Shown here: positions 18,887 to 28,762 of the stretch, in pieces
Position numbering within the stretch: the first letter of the stretch is position 1
Layout: each line of letters opens with the position of its first letter
Assembly: GCA_963743885.1 (NCBI GenBank)
Contig: CAVURJ010000001.1
Coordinates: 566,321 to 630,320, forward strand
From: Candidatus Moraniibacteriota bacterium
GTDB taxonomy: Bacteria > Patescibacteriota > Minisyncoccia > Moranbacterales > UBA1568
DNA length: 64,000 bases
Reading direction: 5' to 3'
Made by a program: the position numbers and the translations under genes
The notes under the pieces: generated by a model
What the model saw: the letters and a program-made list of their open reading frames with translations, nothing else
Told to the model about the DNA's origin: nothing
Databases searched by the model: none

Positions 18887-18956
18887 GTAAAAGGCGGGAA
18901 TTCTCCATGAGAACTCCCGCCTGTATTTTTTAAAAAATAGCGGCACGCTCTCCAGT

Positions 18957-19382
18957 TCACTCGTCTTTTCCGAAGAAGAGGGAAAGGAAGAGGTATCCGA
19001 TGCCGAGGAAGGCAAGGATGAGGATTGGGATGAGGATGAGCGGGAACTTGTAGAGCGAGACGGCGAGGATACCGACGATCCAGAGGATACCAATGGAGAG
19101 GAGCGGGTTGCGGCGGCGGAGTCCGGAGGCGAAGTCGAGATTGAGGAACCGTCCGAGGATGGAGAGTAGGAATGATCCGATGAGGAGGATGATGAGGAAG
19201 GTCGCGAGATTGAGTCGGACTGCGACGAAGGTAGGGAGAAGCGTCTCGAGTGTGAAGAGCGCCGCGAATACGGTGAAGCCGATGAGGAGCGCCTCAGCGA
19301 GCAATGCGTAAGCCACATGTAGCGATCCGGCAACTCGCCATCTTTCGAAGACTACCTTTATTTTTTGATTCAGAATACCCAT
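18957..19382 (-). CDS. Small membrane protein
   Basis: 4 hydrophobic helices; likely start MGILNQK. Confidence 0.7.
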   Translation of the reverse strand: MGILNQKIKVVFERWRVAGSLHVAYALLAEALLIGFTVFAALFTLETLLPTFVAVRLNLATFLIILLIGSFLLSILGRFLNLDFASGLRRRNPLLSIGILWIVGILAVSLYKFPLILIPILILAFLGIGYLFLSLFFGKDE

Positions 19383-19391
19383 AATTTTTCG

Positions 19392-19529
19392 TAAAGCACA
19401 ATTTTCAAAACACAAACCCCAAACAAAACACAGATTTCAAATTTCAAAGCACGGATTTTCTTATAGTTTGTTTTGGTTTTGCGGATTGTGCTTTGTTTGG
19501 TTTTTGTGCTTTTTGTCTTTGTGTTTTTT
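19392..19529. repeat. Degenerate periodic inverted repeat
   Basis: aaagcacaa/aaaacacaaa/aaaacacag arm versus ttgtgcttt/ttgtgcttt/ttgtgtttt arm. Confidence 0.6.
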
Positions 19530-19530
19530 A

Positions 19531-20682
19531 TTAATTCCCAGCCCCAAAGCGGGCGAACAATCGTTGCTTGACCTGTGAGAGAAGTGTCAGCATGTTGCGG
19601 CTGCTCGTGCCGGTCTCGAGCGAGAGCGTGAGAGTGTTGATGTCTATGTCTGTGTCGCTGCCGCCCAAGCGGATCTCAAAATTGTTGCCATTGCCTGATG
19701 CGAGAGCGTCGATAGGGGTGGTGCAGGAAAAGGCGCGGCCAAAGGCAGTGGGAGTGGTATCGCAGGATGCCGAGACGAGGCTCGCGCTTCCCGAGACAGC
19801 GATCGGCGAGATATGCTCGAGGAGAAACGAAAGATAGTCCGTATCGGTGATCGGGTGTTTCGAGCCCTGATCGATCAAGAAGTAGTTTCTGGTGTCGGTA
19901 TCAAGGAAGAGGGTGCCGTCCGGATGCGTGTCGCCCAAGAGGAATATTCGGCCGCGCTTGTAGATACCGATCTCCTCTTCGCTTCCTGGGATAACGTCTT
20001 CGAAGCGGTAGCCGAGCCCGAGGAAGATCTCGGCGCTGCCGATTGGCCGCATCTCGGTATCAGAGACGATGACGAAGATACCGTCCGCGAATGAGACGAG
20101 CGATCCGATACGAAAGCCGATCCAGTCATCCGAGGCCGGATGCTGGGAGAGGAGGCTCTCGGTGACGCGGAGAGCATCCGGTGCGCGGTGGCGCGAGAGG
20201 TAGGCGGCTTCGCTTACGAACGGATGGAGCATGCCGTCGCGGAGGGCATAGTACGTATCGCCGACCTGGTAGAGTGTTCCTTCGTCTGGTCGTCCCAGAG
20301 TGGGGCCGTCCGGTAGGAGGAATCCGCGGTAGGAACGCCGGATGGAGAATCGGAGCGTTTCTGGTAGCTCGGATTTTTTCTCGAGCGCTGCTTCGATGGT
20401 TGCGGAGGAGAAATCGCCGAAAGCGGCGGCGTCGGCGACGAGTGTGCCAGCGGCTTCGATCTTGCCGTTCTCACGGAGTATCCCTGTGTCGGAACGGGGA
20501 TCAAGGAGCGTGTTCTTACTTGAACCTGGAGTCCGGAAGTCAAAGGGGAATCCGAGGATCGGGAAGAGCGTCCGATATGCGAATGACCCGATGAGGAAGA
20601 GCGCGATGACATAGAGGCCTATGCGGAGCTTGGTATAGGTCTGTTCGAGATGTTTCGGGATAGGAGAGATGGTCGGCAGCAT
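19531..20682 (-). CDS. Membrane-anchored extracellular hypothetical protein
   Basis: N-terminal TM, then repeated beta-rich 'G.l...Y.i..g.krpi.s...fl..gy' units. Confidence 0.7.
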   Translation of the reverse strand: MLPTISPIPKHLEQTYTKLRIGLYVIALFLIGSFAYRTLFPILGFPFDFRTPGSSKNTLLDPRSDTGILRENGKIEAAGTLVADAAAFGDFSSATIEAALEKKSELPETLRFSIRRSYRGFLLPDGPTLGRPDEGTLYQVGDTYYALRDGMLHPFVSEAAYLSRHRAPDALRVTESLLSQHPASDDWIGFRIGSLVSFADGIFVIVSDTEMRPIGSAEIFLGLGYRFEDVIPGSEEEIGIYKRGRIFLLGDTHPDGTLFLDTDTRNYFLIDQGSKHPITDTDYLSFLLEHISPIAVSGSASLVSASCDTTPTAFGRAFSCTTPIDALASGNGNNFEIRLGGSDTDIDINTLTLSLETGTSSRNMLTLLSQVKQRLFARFGAGN

Positions 20683-20694
20683 AAGGAAGAGGAA

Positions 20695-22488
20695 TCAGTA
20701 GATTCTGAAGAGAAGGTCGGTGACGCTGGTATCGATCTTTGTGGGCAGGCGAGGAGGTTCATTCCGGAGTGAGAGGCTTTCGAAGCGCGAGAGTGGAAAG
20801 GAGACGCGCTCCTCGAGGGTCATTCGGTCTCCGAAGGCTGCTGCGTAGCGCTCCAGGCTGTCTTCGGGGATGAGCAGGTAGACGCGGTCGAATCCGGAGG
20901 TATCGAGCCGGCCGAGGTCTTCGGTATTGAAGAAGTAGACGGCATTCTTGCTGGAGAGGAATTGGAGCGGACCAGAGAGCATGGCGAAATTGTCGCCAGT
21001 CGCGAAACGGTCGATGAGGATGAGATCGCGGTCGGTGAAGCGCGCACTCCAGGAAGAGGCTGCTTCGGTGAGGCCGCGGTGTTCAGCGAATGGCAGGGCG
21101 TAGAGGAAGGCGGGGAGCTCGAGGAAGAGCAGGCTTGCGAAGATGATACCGACGAAGAAGAGACGTTTGCCGCGTGGAGCAGGGATCGGGTCTTCGCCGG
21201 TCTTGTCGAAGAGGAGCGCGATGCCGAGCACGGCTGAGAAGAGGAGCGCCGGGAAGATCGAGAAGAGGTAGCGGCGGAGCATCCACGGATGGTCAGGCGT
21301 GATATTGGGCGAGAAGAGATAGATGAGGGTCGGTAGCGCGATGAGCGCCGGCAGGAGGAGTAGGAAGCGTCGTTTCTTGATGAAGACGAGGATGCCGAAG
21401 AGTCCGATGATGAAGAGGATGAGTAATCCGTAGATGAAGAGCGCACTGCCGATAGCGGTTGATCCGCTCGCTGCGGCTTTGCTGACCGAATCGGAGAATC
21501 CGAGGAGTCCCTTGCCGGCCATGCGGTAGTAGGGAAGATTGAGGAAGAAGTCGCGGAGGAGAAAGAGGCCAAAGACGAGTCCGGGGATGACGATGCTTTT
21601 CATCGGGTAGGCTTTCCAGATGGTGCGTGTGTGCGCTGAGAAGAGCATGATGAGAAGTGCGATCGCGAGGAAGGCGAAGCCCTCGAGCCGAGTGAAGGCG
21701 AAGAGTCCGCCTGAGAGGAGTGCGGCTGCGTAGAAGACGAACTTTCCACTTCGGAGATAGAGGATGAGGCTTTCAGCGAGGAAGAGGAAGAGGAAGAGGC
21801 CGAGGTTTTCGGTAAGCGTCAGTTTGGCGAACCATGACGGCAGGAAGGAGGCGCCGGCGAGGATGAGTCCGGCGAAGGCGTAGAACGGGCTTGCGAAGAG
21901 GCGGATGATTGAATAGAGGGTGATGAGGGAGAGGAAAAGCAGGAGTCCGTTGCCGATCGCGTATCCGGAGAGGCCGAAGATCGAGACGAAGCCGGCGAGC
22001 CAGGAGGTATAGCCGAGCGGGAAGGCGGTGATGAGGGCGTCTTCGCCGACGTAGGCGAAGCCGGGGAAATTGAGGGCAGGGTCTACGGGTGCTTCGGTAT
22101 CATAGATTTCGGCGAAGAGCTTGGCGGTCGGGAGTGAGAAGGCGAGTTGTCCGTTGTCAGCGAGGCGCCAGGCGGCTTCGGCGATGGAACCCTGGTCGCG
22201 GCCGGAGAAGACGGTCGGTTCGGAGAAGACGGCGGGCAGGAAGGCGAAGAGAAGAGCTGCCATGCAGGCAGTGCGGAAGATCCATGATGATCGGCGGATG
22301 ACTCGGACAGCGATGAGGACGCTCATTGCGGCGAGTATGGCTGACCCGGAGAAGACGAGTGGTGTGATGAAGAGTCCTCCCAAAGCGAGCGAAAGGAAGA
22401 ACCATCCGAGGACGACAAAAGAGAGCCCGAAGAGGATCGGGAGCGTGTTGTTTCCTTCGGTATCTGTGAAGAGTCTCATGTCAGTCAT
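20695..22488 (-). CDS. Multi-pass membrane protein, GT-C glycosyltransferase-like
   Basis: More than 12 TMs; RDQG, LTENL, TRLEG and RRY motifs. Confidence 0.65.
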   Translation of the reverse strand: MTDMRLFTDTEGNNTLPILFGLSFVVLGWFFLSLALGGLFITPLVFSGSAILAAMSVLIAVRVIRRSSWIFRTACMAALLFAFLPAVFSEPTVFSGRDQGSIAEAAWRLADNGQLAFSLPTAKLFAEIYDTEAPVDPALNFPGFAYVGEDALITAFPLGYTSWLAGFVSIFGLSGYAIGNGLLLFLSLITLYSIIRLFASPFYAFAGLILAGASFLPSWFAKLTLTENLGLFLFLFLAESLILYLRSGKFVFYAAALLSGGLFAFTRLEGFAFLAIALLIMLFSAHTRTIWKAYPMKSIVIPGLVFGLFLLRDFFLNLPYYRMAGKGLLGFSDSVSKAAASGSTAIGSALFIYGLLILFIIGLFGILVFIKKRRFLLLLPALIALPTLIYLFSPNITPDHPWMLRRYLFSIFPALLFSAVLGIALLFDKTGEDPIPAPRGKRLFFVGIIFASLLFLELPAFLYALPFAEHRGLTEAASSWSARFTDRDLILIDRFATGDNFAMLSGPLQFLSSKNAVYFFNTEDLGRLDTSGFDRVYLLIPEDSLERYAAAFGDRMTLEERVSFPLSRFESLSLRNEPPRLPTKIDTSVTDLLFRIY

Positions 22489-22612
22489 TATATCGTAAAC
22501 CGGCTGGCTCGGCCATATGGTATTGTTGAACGGAGCGTGGGTGAACTCTGTGGTAAATGTCCGTTATCTGATACAATAAAGAAGATAAACCCTCTCTCTT
22601 TTCCCGAACAGC

Positions 22613-25075
22613 ATGGACAAGAGCTTTCCTTTTTGGTATTACGCGGACGGTCTCAGCGGAGCCGCGCGCCTATTCAGGAATTATTCGCGATTCATCCCGT
22701 ACCGGTTTAATACGTGGGGACTGCTTTCGACGATCCTTTCGCCATGGAAGCGCGATGTCTCGCCGAAGACCTGGCGCGGGTTCCATCCGATCAAGTCGCT
22801 CTCGCTGCTTCTGAATAACATCATGTCGCGCATCGCCGGCATGTTCGTCCGGGTGCCGATGATCGTCTTTGGCTTAGTGTTCTGGATAATCGTGTCAGTG
22901 TTCGGTCTGGTACTCCTCGCGGCCTATACTCTCGCGCCGGCGCTCTTATCGGTCGGACTGGTGATGTTCCCATGGAACCCGGTCTTCGGCGGCCTAGCTG
23001 CTGGTCTTGGGGCTCTCGGCCTCGTGGCGGCAGTCATCGGCTATTCGTCTCGTGAGACTGATGATGGCGATAGATCTCTCGATATATCCGCGGTGCGGAA
23101 GAAGAAGTGGTTCCCGCGTGTGCTTGCTCGTCTTGGTGTCGAGGAGGGGATGGATGTCAGTGCTGCCATTCGCGATGCGGCGAGCTTTGCGGAGTTTCTC
23201 GCGTCGATCGGATCAGACCAGGCATCATACGAGCGGTCAGTTGGCATCGAGCGCGCTGCAGAAGACCGTCGTGCCGATGAGCGGCGTTTTTGGACGTGGG
23301 AAAAGCTTTCCGAGACGCAGCCGATCGGCAAGGGTTGGCGCTATGCGTACACGCCACACCTCGACCGGTATGCGCTCGACCTTTCCGAATACGATCCGAC
23401 CGAATACGACCGGGCTGTGCTCGTCGGGCGTGAGGAGGAGCTGCGTGTGGTCAAAATCGTCCTCGAGCGGCCGGTACAGAACAGTATCCTCTTGGTCGGT
23501 GATCCTGGCATCGGCAAGAAGACCTTCATCCATCATCTGGCCCGCCTCATCCGGACCAATGCGTTCCAGGACCCGTACTTCCGCGATATGCGCATCCTCA
23601 TGCTCGATCTGGGGCTCGCGGTGAGTGATGCAGTGAATAGCGGTGAGGATGTCGACAATGCCATCCGCACGCTTTTTCATGAAGCAGCATTTGCCGGCAA
23701 TGTTACTCTCGTCATCGAGGATTTCGATCTTTATATCGGCGGCGACGCTTCGCGGCACAATCTGGCACCGATCCTTTCTACATACCTCTCGTTGCCGTCG
23801 TTCCGTGTTATCGGCACGTCGACCGCGGCGCGCTATCATGCTGTCGCGAAGGCTGATGACCAGACGCTCAAGTCGCTCGAGGTCGTCTATCTGCGCGAGA
23901 CGAACGAGCAGCAAACTTTCGATATTCTCGTGCAGCATTTCGAAGAGACTGAAGCGCGGCAGGTTGTCTTCACACTCAAGGGCTTCGAGAGCATCATCAC
24001 AGCTGCCGGCCGCTACAATTGGGAGTTCCCGTTCCCTGAGCGCGCGCTCGATCTGGCTCAGGAAGTGCTCATCTACTGGTGCGATAGCGCTGAGAGCCGT
24101 TTCATCACTCCAGAGGTCGTGGATGCGTTTATCACAATCAAGACGGGTGTGCCGACCGGTACGATCAGTGCGGAAGAGAAGGACAAATTGCTCCGTCTCG
24201 AAGAGCATCTCCACGAACGTGTTATCGGTCAGGAAGAGGCGGTGAAGCAGGTGGCGGAAGCGATGCGCAAGTCGCGCGCCGGCTTCGGCAACAGGAAGCG
24301 TCCGCTCGGAAGCTTCATCTTCCTTGGTCCTTCCGGTGTTGGCAAGACGGAGACAGTCAAGGCGTTCGCTGAGAGCTATTTCGGCAGCGATGAGAAGATG
24401 ATCCGTCTCGACATGAGCGAATACCAGACAGAAGAGTCCGTCGAGCGTATGATCGGGTCGCGTGATACTGGTGTCCAGGGCCAGCTGACGGTCGCCGCCA
24501 AGGAACATCCATTCTCCATATTGTTGCTTGATGAGATCGAGAAGGCGTATCCACGGATGCTCGATTTGTTCCTTCAGATTCTTGATGAAGGTTACGTGAC
24601 GGATGCCTTCGGTGAGAAGGTGAGCTTCCGCAATATGGTGATTATCGCTACGTCGAATGCCGGTGCGCCGCTCATCAAGGACCTGGTCGCACAGGGAGTG
24701 AAGGGCGATGCGATCCGCAAGCAGGTGCTCGATGAGGTCGTGAAGAAAGGGCTATTCCGTCTCGAATTCTTGGGTCGTTTCGATGGCATCATTTTCTTCG
24801 AGCCGCTCCGGAACGAGCAGTTGTTCGAGGTGACCGAGCTCAAGTTGGCTGCTTTCGCCAAGCGGTTGAAGGAAGAGAAGGATATCGATATCCTCTTTGC
24901 GCCGGAAGTGACGGCAAAGATCGTAGAAAATGGGTTCGAGCCCGAGTTCGGCATGCGTTCCATCAACCGCTATATCGAGAATACTATCGAAGATGCCGTC
25001 GTGAAGAGAATCATCGCCGGAGAGCTCTCGTCTGGCGGGTCATTGACAGTATATCCGGATGATCTGGTAGAATAG
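22613..25075 (+). CDS. Membrane-anchored ClpA/ClpB-like AAA+ ATPase
   Basis: N-terminal TMs; degenerate NBD1 (GDPGIGKK, VIEDFD); intact NBD2 (GPSGVGKT, LLLDEIEKA). Confidence 0.85.
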   Translation: MDKSFPFWYYADGLSGAARLFRNYSRFIPYRFNTWGLLSTILSPWKRDVSPKTWRGFHPIKSLSLLLNNIMSRIAGMFVRVPMIVFGLVFWIIVSVFGLVLLAAYTLAPALLSVGLVMFPWNPVFGGLAAGLGALGLVAAVIGYSSRETDDGDRSLDISAVRKKKWFPRVLARLGVEEGMDVSAAIRDAASFAEFLASIGSDQASYERSVGIERAAEDRRADERRFWTWEKLSETQPIGKGWRYAYTPHLDRYALDLSEYDPTEYDRAVLVGREEELRVVKIVLERPVQNSILLVGDPGIGKKTFIHHLARLIRTNAFQDPYFRDMRILMLDLGLAVSDAVNSGEDVDNAIRTLFHEAAFAGNVTLVIEDFDLYIGGDASRHNLAPILSTYLSLPSFRVIGTSTAARYHAVAKADDQTLKSLEVVYLRETNEQQTFDILVQHFEETEARQVVFTLKGFESIITAAGRYNWEFPFPERALDLAQEVLIYWCDSAESRFITPEVVDAFITIKTGVPTGTISAEEKDKLLRLEEHLHERVIGQEEAVKQVAEAMRKSRAGFGNRKRPLGSFIFLGPSGVGKTETVKAFAESYFGSDEKMIRLDMSEYQTEESVERMIGSRDTGVQGQLTVAAKEHPFSILLLDEIEKAYPRMLDLFLQILDEGYVTDAFGEKVSFRNMVIIATSNAGAPLIKDLVAQGVKGDAIRKQVLDEVVKKGLFRLEFLGRFDGIIFFEPLRNEQLFEVTELKLAAFAKRLKEEKDIDILFAPEVTAKIVENGFEPEFGMRSINRYIENTIEDAVVKRIIAGELSSGGSLTVYPDDLVE

Positions 25076-25104
25076 CCGCTCTGATTGACTCGCTTATACT
25101 GTGT

Positions 25105-26310
25105 ATGGATATGGAAGAAGAGAGGCGAAAATTGAAGATTCTCGTCGTGGCACCGACCCCGTTTTTTTCAGATCGGGGCACGCATATCCGCATCCTCGAG
25201 GAGGCGCTGGCGCTTGAGAGTCGCGGCCATGAGGTGAAGATAGCGACGTATCATATCGGTAGTGACCTGCCAGAGTCGCTTGATACCACAATCGATATTC
25301 GCCGCATCCGCCGGCTGCTGTTCTGGTATAAGAAGCTTGAGGCAGGTCCGGATTGGCAGAAGATTCTGCTCGATATCATGCTTATCAGGAAGTCTTTTTA
25401 TCTGGCCCGGACTTGGAAACCGGATATTATCCATGGGCACCTGCATGAGGGCGCGCTCATTGGTTGGGTCGTGACGAAGTGTCTCTTCTGGCGCCGCATG
25501 AAGCTCGTGGCGGATTTTCATGGCAGCCTGACGCGTGAGATGGTCTCACATGCGTACCTGCGGGCCGTCGGCTTGCAGCGTCTGTTTGCGCTTGTCGAGC
25601 GATGGATCGACAACCTCGGCGATCGGGCAGTGGCGAGCTCATGGGACAATGCCGAGGAAATCAGCTCCATCCGTACCAAGAATCCTGTTGTGCCGATCAT
25701 CGACGGCACGCGTCTGTCGATGTTTTCGGGAGCGACGGATCGAGGAGCACTCCGGCAGCGGTACGGCATACCGGATGACAAAGTTCTCATCGCTTATACC
25801 GGCGCGCTCATCCCGAACAAGGGGATTGAGCTTTTCCTTGAGGCGGTGCCGCTCGTCTGTGCGAAGCATCCGGAAGCGCATTTTCTGATTGCTGGATTTC
25901 CGCTTGATCAGATCGGTGAGTATCTCGAGAAAGACGTCTTCCAGACACATGCGACAGTTGTGTCGCCACTCCCGTATTTCCGATTGCCGGAGATCCTCAT
26001 GATGAGCGATATCGGTGTCGATCCGAAGGAAGCGACGACCAAGCAGGCGAGCGGCAAGATGCTTAACTATATGGGCGCCGGGTTGCCGATTGCTTGTTTC
26101 GATACGCAGAACAATCGTGAGTATCTCGGTGATGGTGGATCGTATGCCACCTCTGGTACGCCAGAAGCGTTGGCCGAGGCGATCGGCCGGTTGATCCGCG
26201 ATCCAGAGCTTCGTCGTGCGAAGGGCGCCGTGGGTCGCGAGCGCGCCGCGATGTTCAGCTGGGAAAAATCGGCGGAAGAGCTGGAGAAGATATATTTGGA
26301 ACTGGTATGA
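25105..26310 (+). CDS. Glycosyltransferase family 4
   Basis: GT-B fold; KMLNYMGAGLP. Confidence 0.88.
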   Translation: MDMEEERRKLKILVVAPTPFFSDRGTHIRILEEALALESRGHEVKIATYHIGSDLPESLDTTIDIRRIRRLLFWYKKLEAGPDWQKILLDIMLIRKSFYLARTWKPDIIHGHLHEGALIGWVVTKCLFWRRMKLVADFHGSLTREMVSHAYLRAVGLQRLFALVERWIDNLGDRAVASSWDNAEEISSIRTKNPVVPIIDGTRLSMFSGATDRGALRQRYGIPDDKVLIAYTGALIPNKGIELFLEAVPLVCAKHPEAHFLIAGFPLDQIGEYLEKDVFQTHATVVSPLPYFRLPEILMMSDIGVDPKEATTKQASGKMLNYMGAGLPIACFDTQNNREYLGDGGSYATSGTPEALAEAIGRLIRDPELRRAKGAVGRERAAMFSWEKSAEELEKIYLELV

Positions 26311-27479
26311 AATTACTGCTCATAAAATTCGGCAAGGCATGGCATACGCTCAGACGGGAAGGTCTGGTGCGCGGCGGCCGGCGGGTGATGGCAGCGGCGC
26401 TCGCTTTGTTCAGGCGTGTACGTCCGGGCGATATCCTTTTCATCACGGGCGGCGTAGGGGACAGTGCCCGGTATCGGACGGAACACGTCGGCGAAGAGCT
26501 CCAGTTCCATGGGTTCAAAGTATCGTCGACGGTGCAGGACAATCCGTTCCTGTCGACGTATGCGGACCAGTTTTCGATATTTGTGTTCCATCGCGTGCTC
26601 TTTACGCCGAGTGTGGCTCGGCTGATCGCACGCATCAAAGAACAGGGGAAGGAGATCGTTTTCGAGACTGATGACCTCGTGTATGATCCGGCGTTCCTTC
26701 AGCATATGGATTACTTTACCACTATGAACGCGCTTGAGCGCAAGCTCTACGAGCATGGCGTGGGCGGCGAGATCTTGGCGGATCCGTATGTGAAGGTCGC
26801 GACGACGTCGACGGGCTATCTTGCCGAGAAGCTCCGTGAGCGTGGCAAGCGGGTGTTCATCGTGCGGAACAAGATGTCGGAGGAGGATGTGAAACGTTCG
26901 GAGATGATCTTGAAGGATATGAAGAAGGATGGATCGGTCGTGCGCGTCGGATACCTGTCTGGCACGCCGAGCCACAACAAGGATTTCGCGACGATTACTG
27001 CGGCGCTCGCAGAGCTGCTTGGGAAACATCCGGAGATGCGTCTCGTGCTTGCTGGACCGCTCGATACGGATGATGCACTTTCGACATTCGCCAGTCAGAT
27101 CGAACGGGTGCCATTCGCACCGCGGAAAGAATATTTCGAGACGGTCGCGAAGCTTGATATCAATCTAGCACCCCTGGAGATCGGCAATCCGTTCTGTGAG
27201 TCGAAATCTGAACTCAAATGGTTTGAGGCAGGACTTATGAGTGTGCCGACCGTCGCTGCTGCGACTGGGACGTTCAAGGAAGCAATCACGGAAGGCGTCG
27301 ATGGGTTCACAGCCGCTACGACAGCGGAGTGGATCGAGAAGGTCGGACAGCTTGTGGTGGACCGTAGTCTGCGCGAGCGGATGGGTAGCGAGGCAAGAAA
27401 GACAATCCTTGCGAAATATGCGACAATGGATGCTGACAATGAGGAATATTACGGATATCTAAGCAGTAAGCTGAAATAG
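26307..27479 (+). CDS. Glycosyltransferase (GT-B)
   Basis: FETDDLVY, DINLAPLE..NPFCESKSELKWFEAG. Confidence 0.88.
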   Translation: MKLLLIKFGKAWHTLRREGLVRGGRRVMAAALALFRRVRPGDILFITGGVGDSARYRTEHVGEELQFHGFKVSSTVQDNPFLSTYADQFSIFVFHRVLFTPSVARLIARIKEQGKEIVFETDDLVYDPAFLQHMDYFTTMNALERKLYEHGVGGEILADPYVKVATTSTGYLAEKLRERGKRVFIVRNKMSEEDVKRSEMILKDMKKDGSVVRVGYLSGTPSHNKDFATITAALAELLGKHPEMRLVLAGPLDTDDALSTFASQIERVPFAPRKEYFETVAKLDINLAPLEIGNPFCESKSELKWFEAGLMSVPTVAAATGTFKEAITEGVDGFTAATTAEWIEKVGQLVVDRSLRERMGSEARKTILAKYATMDADNEEYYGYLSSKLK

Positions 27480-27483
27480 CGGT

Positions 27484-28443
27484 ATGAAGATACTCATCAC
27501 AGGCGGGGCTGGTTTCATTGGGAGCGCGACAGCGAAGAAGCTCATGGATCGCGGTGATACGCCGATCTTGATCGACAATTTCAATGATTATTATGATCCG
27601 CAGTTGAAGAAGGATCGTATCTCGAAGTTGCTTAAGGGCTACAAGGGCCGGTACACGTTGTACAAGGGTGATATCCGTGATCAGAAGTTCATCGAACGCG
27701 TCTTCAAGAAGGAACGTCCGGCGAAGGTACTCAATCTGGCGGCGATGGCCGGCGTGCGCAATTCGCTCCTCGATCCGCGCCTGTATGCTGATGTGAATGT
27801 GATGGGCTTCATCAATCTGCTCGAGGCGGCGGTGAAGTACAAAGTCAAGAACTTCGTCTACGCGTCGTCCTCGTCGGTCTATGGCAACAATACCAAGGTG
27901 CCGTTTGCGGAGACTGATCCGGTTGATACACCGATCTCGCCGTATGCCGCGACCAAGAAAGCGAATGAGCTTATTGCACATACCTATAGTCATATCTATA
28001 AGCTTCCGACGACCGGGCTCCGCTATTTCACCGTTTATGGCCCGTGGGGTCGGCCGGATATGGCGCTCTACAAGTTCGTGAAGAATACGTTTTCCGGTGA
28101 GTCAATCGATGTCTACAACCGCGGCAAGATGAGCCGCAACTTCACGTATATCGATGATATCGTTTCCGGCACGATCGTCGCGCTCGATACGCTGCAGCCG
28201 TATGCGGTCATGAACATCGGTGGTGACCGCGAGGAGACGCTCATGCGCTTCATTGAAGTGATCGAGGAGAATGTCGGCAAGAAGGCGAAGAAGCGGATGC
28301 TGCCGATCCAGCCGGGCGACGTGCCGTCGACGGTCGCGGATATCCGGAAGCTCCGGAAGCTTGGCTGGAAGCCGACGACCCGAATCGAGCAGGGCATCAA
28401 GAATTTCGTCGATTGGTATCGCGAGTACTATAAGGTAGCGTAA
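27484..28443 (+). CDS. NAD-dependent epimerase (UDP-glucuronate 4-epimerase-like)
   Basis: GGAGFIG, ASSSSVYG, YAATK, FTVYGPWGRPDMA. Confidence 0.93.
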   Translation: MKILITGGAGFIGSATAKKLMDRGDTPILIDNFNDYYDPQLKKDRISKLLKGYKGRYTLYKGDIRDQKFIERVFKKERPAKVLNLAAMAGVRNSLLDPRLYADVNVMGFINLLEAAVKYKVKNFVYASSSSVYGNNTKVPFAETDPVDTPISPYAATKKANELIAHTYSHIYKLPTTGLRYFTVYGPWGRPDMALYKFVKNTFSGESIDVYNRGKMSRNFTYIDDIVSGTIVALDTLQPYAVMNIGGDREETLMRFIEVIEENVGKKAKKRMLPIQPGDVPSTVADIRKLRKLGWKPTTRIEQGIKNFVDWYREYYKVA

Positions 28444-28631
28444 GAGCCTATCCCAATAGATTACCGCGGAAGTAAAAAAAGAAACCTCGCTTGTCGGCTG
28501 AAATTCCAGAATTTCGGCTGCAAATCCTGAAAGACTCGGCGGAATAGCTACAGTATCCCTTCTCCTCTTTCAGAGATTTTCGCTCGAAATTCTGGAATTT
28601 GCATCTCGACATACTCTATTGGGATAGGCTC
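28444..28631. mobile_element. Family D MITE-like nested-hairpin element at a stop codon
   Basis: TIR gagcctatcccaataga / tctattgggataggctc flanked by TAA/TAG. Confidence 0.8.
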
Positions 28632-28643
28632 TAGGGGGAATGA

Positions 28644-28762
28644 ATCCCGTTAGAAGCCGCGGCCACGACTGTTTTTTTGGTGGGATTTCGTTTGTCGATG
28701 ATAAGTATTGTATATTAGGTATGGCGCGACGATATGTGGTCGCGACCTGCTTCTAACGGGAT
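28644..28762. mobile_element. Family B element whose right end runs into the ATG of the downstream gene
   Basis: atcccgttagaagc..gcggccac / gtggtcgc..gcttctaacgggATG; ATGA occurs on both sides. Confidence 0.8.
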
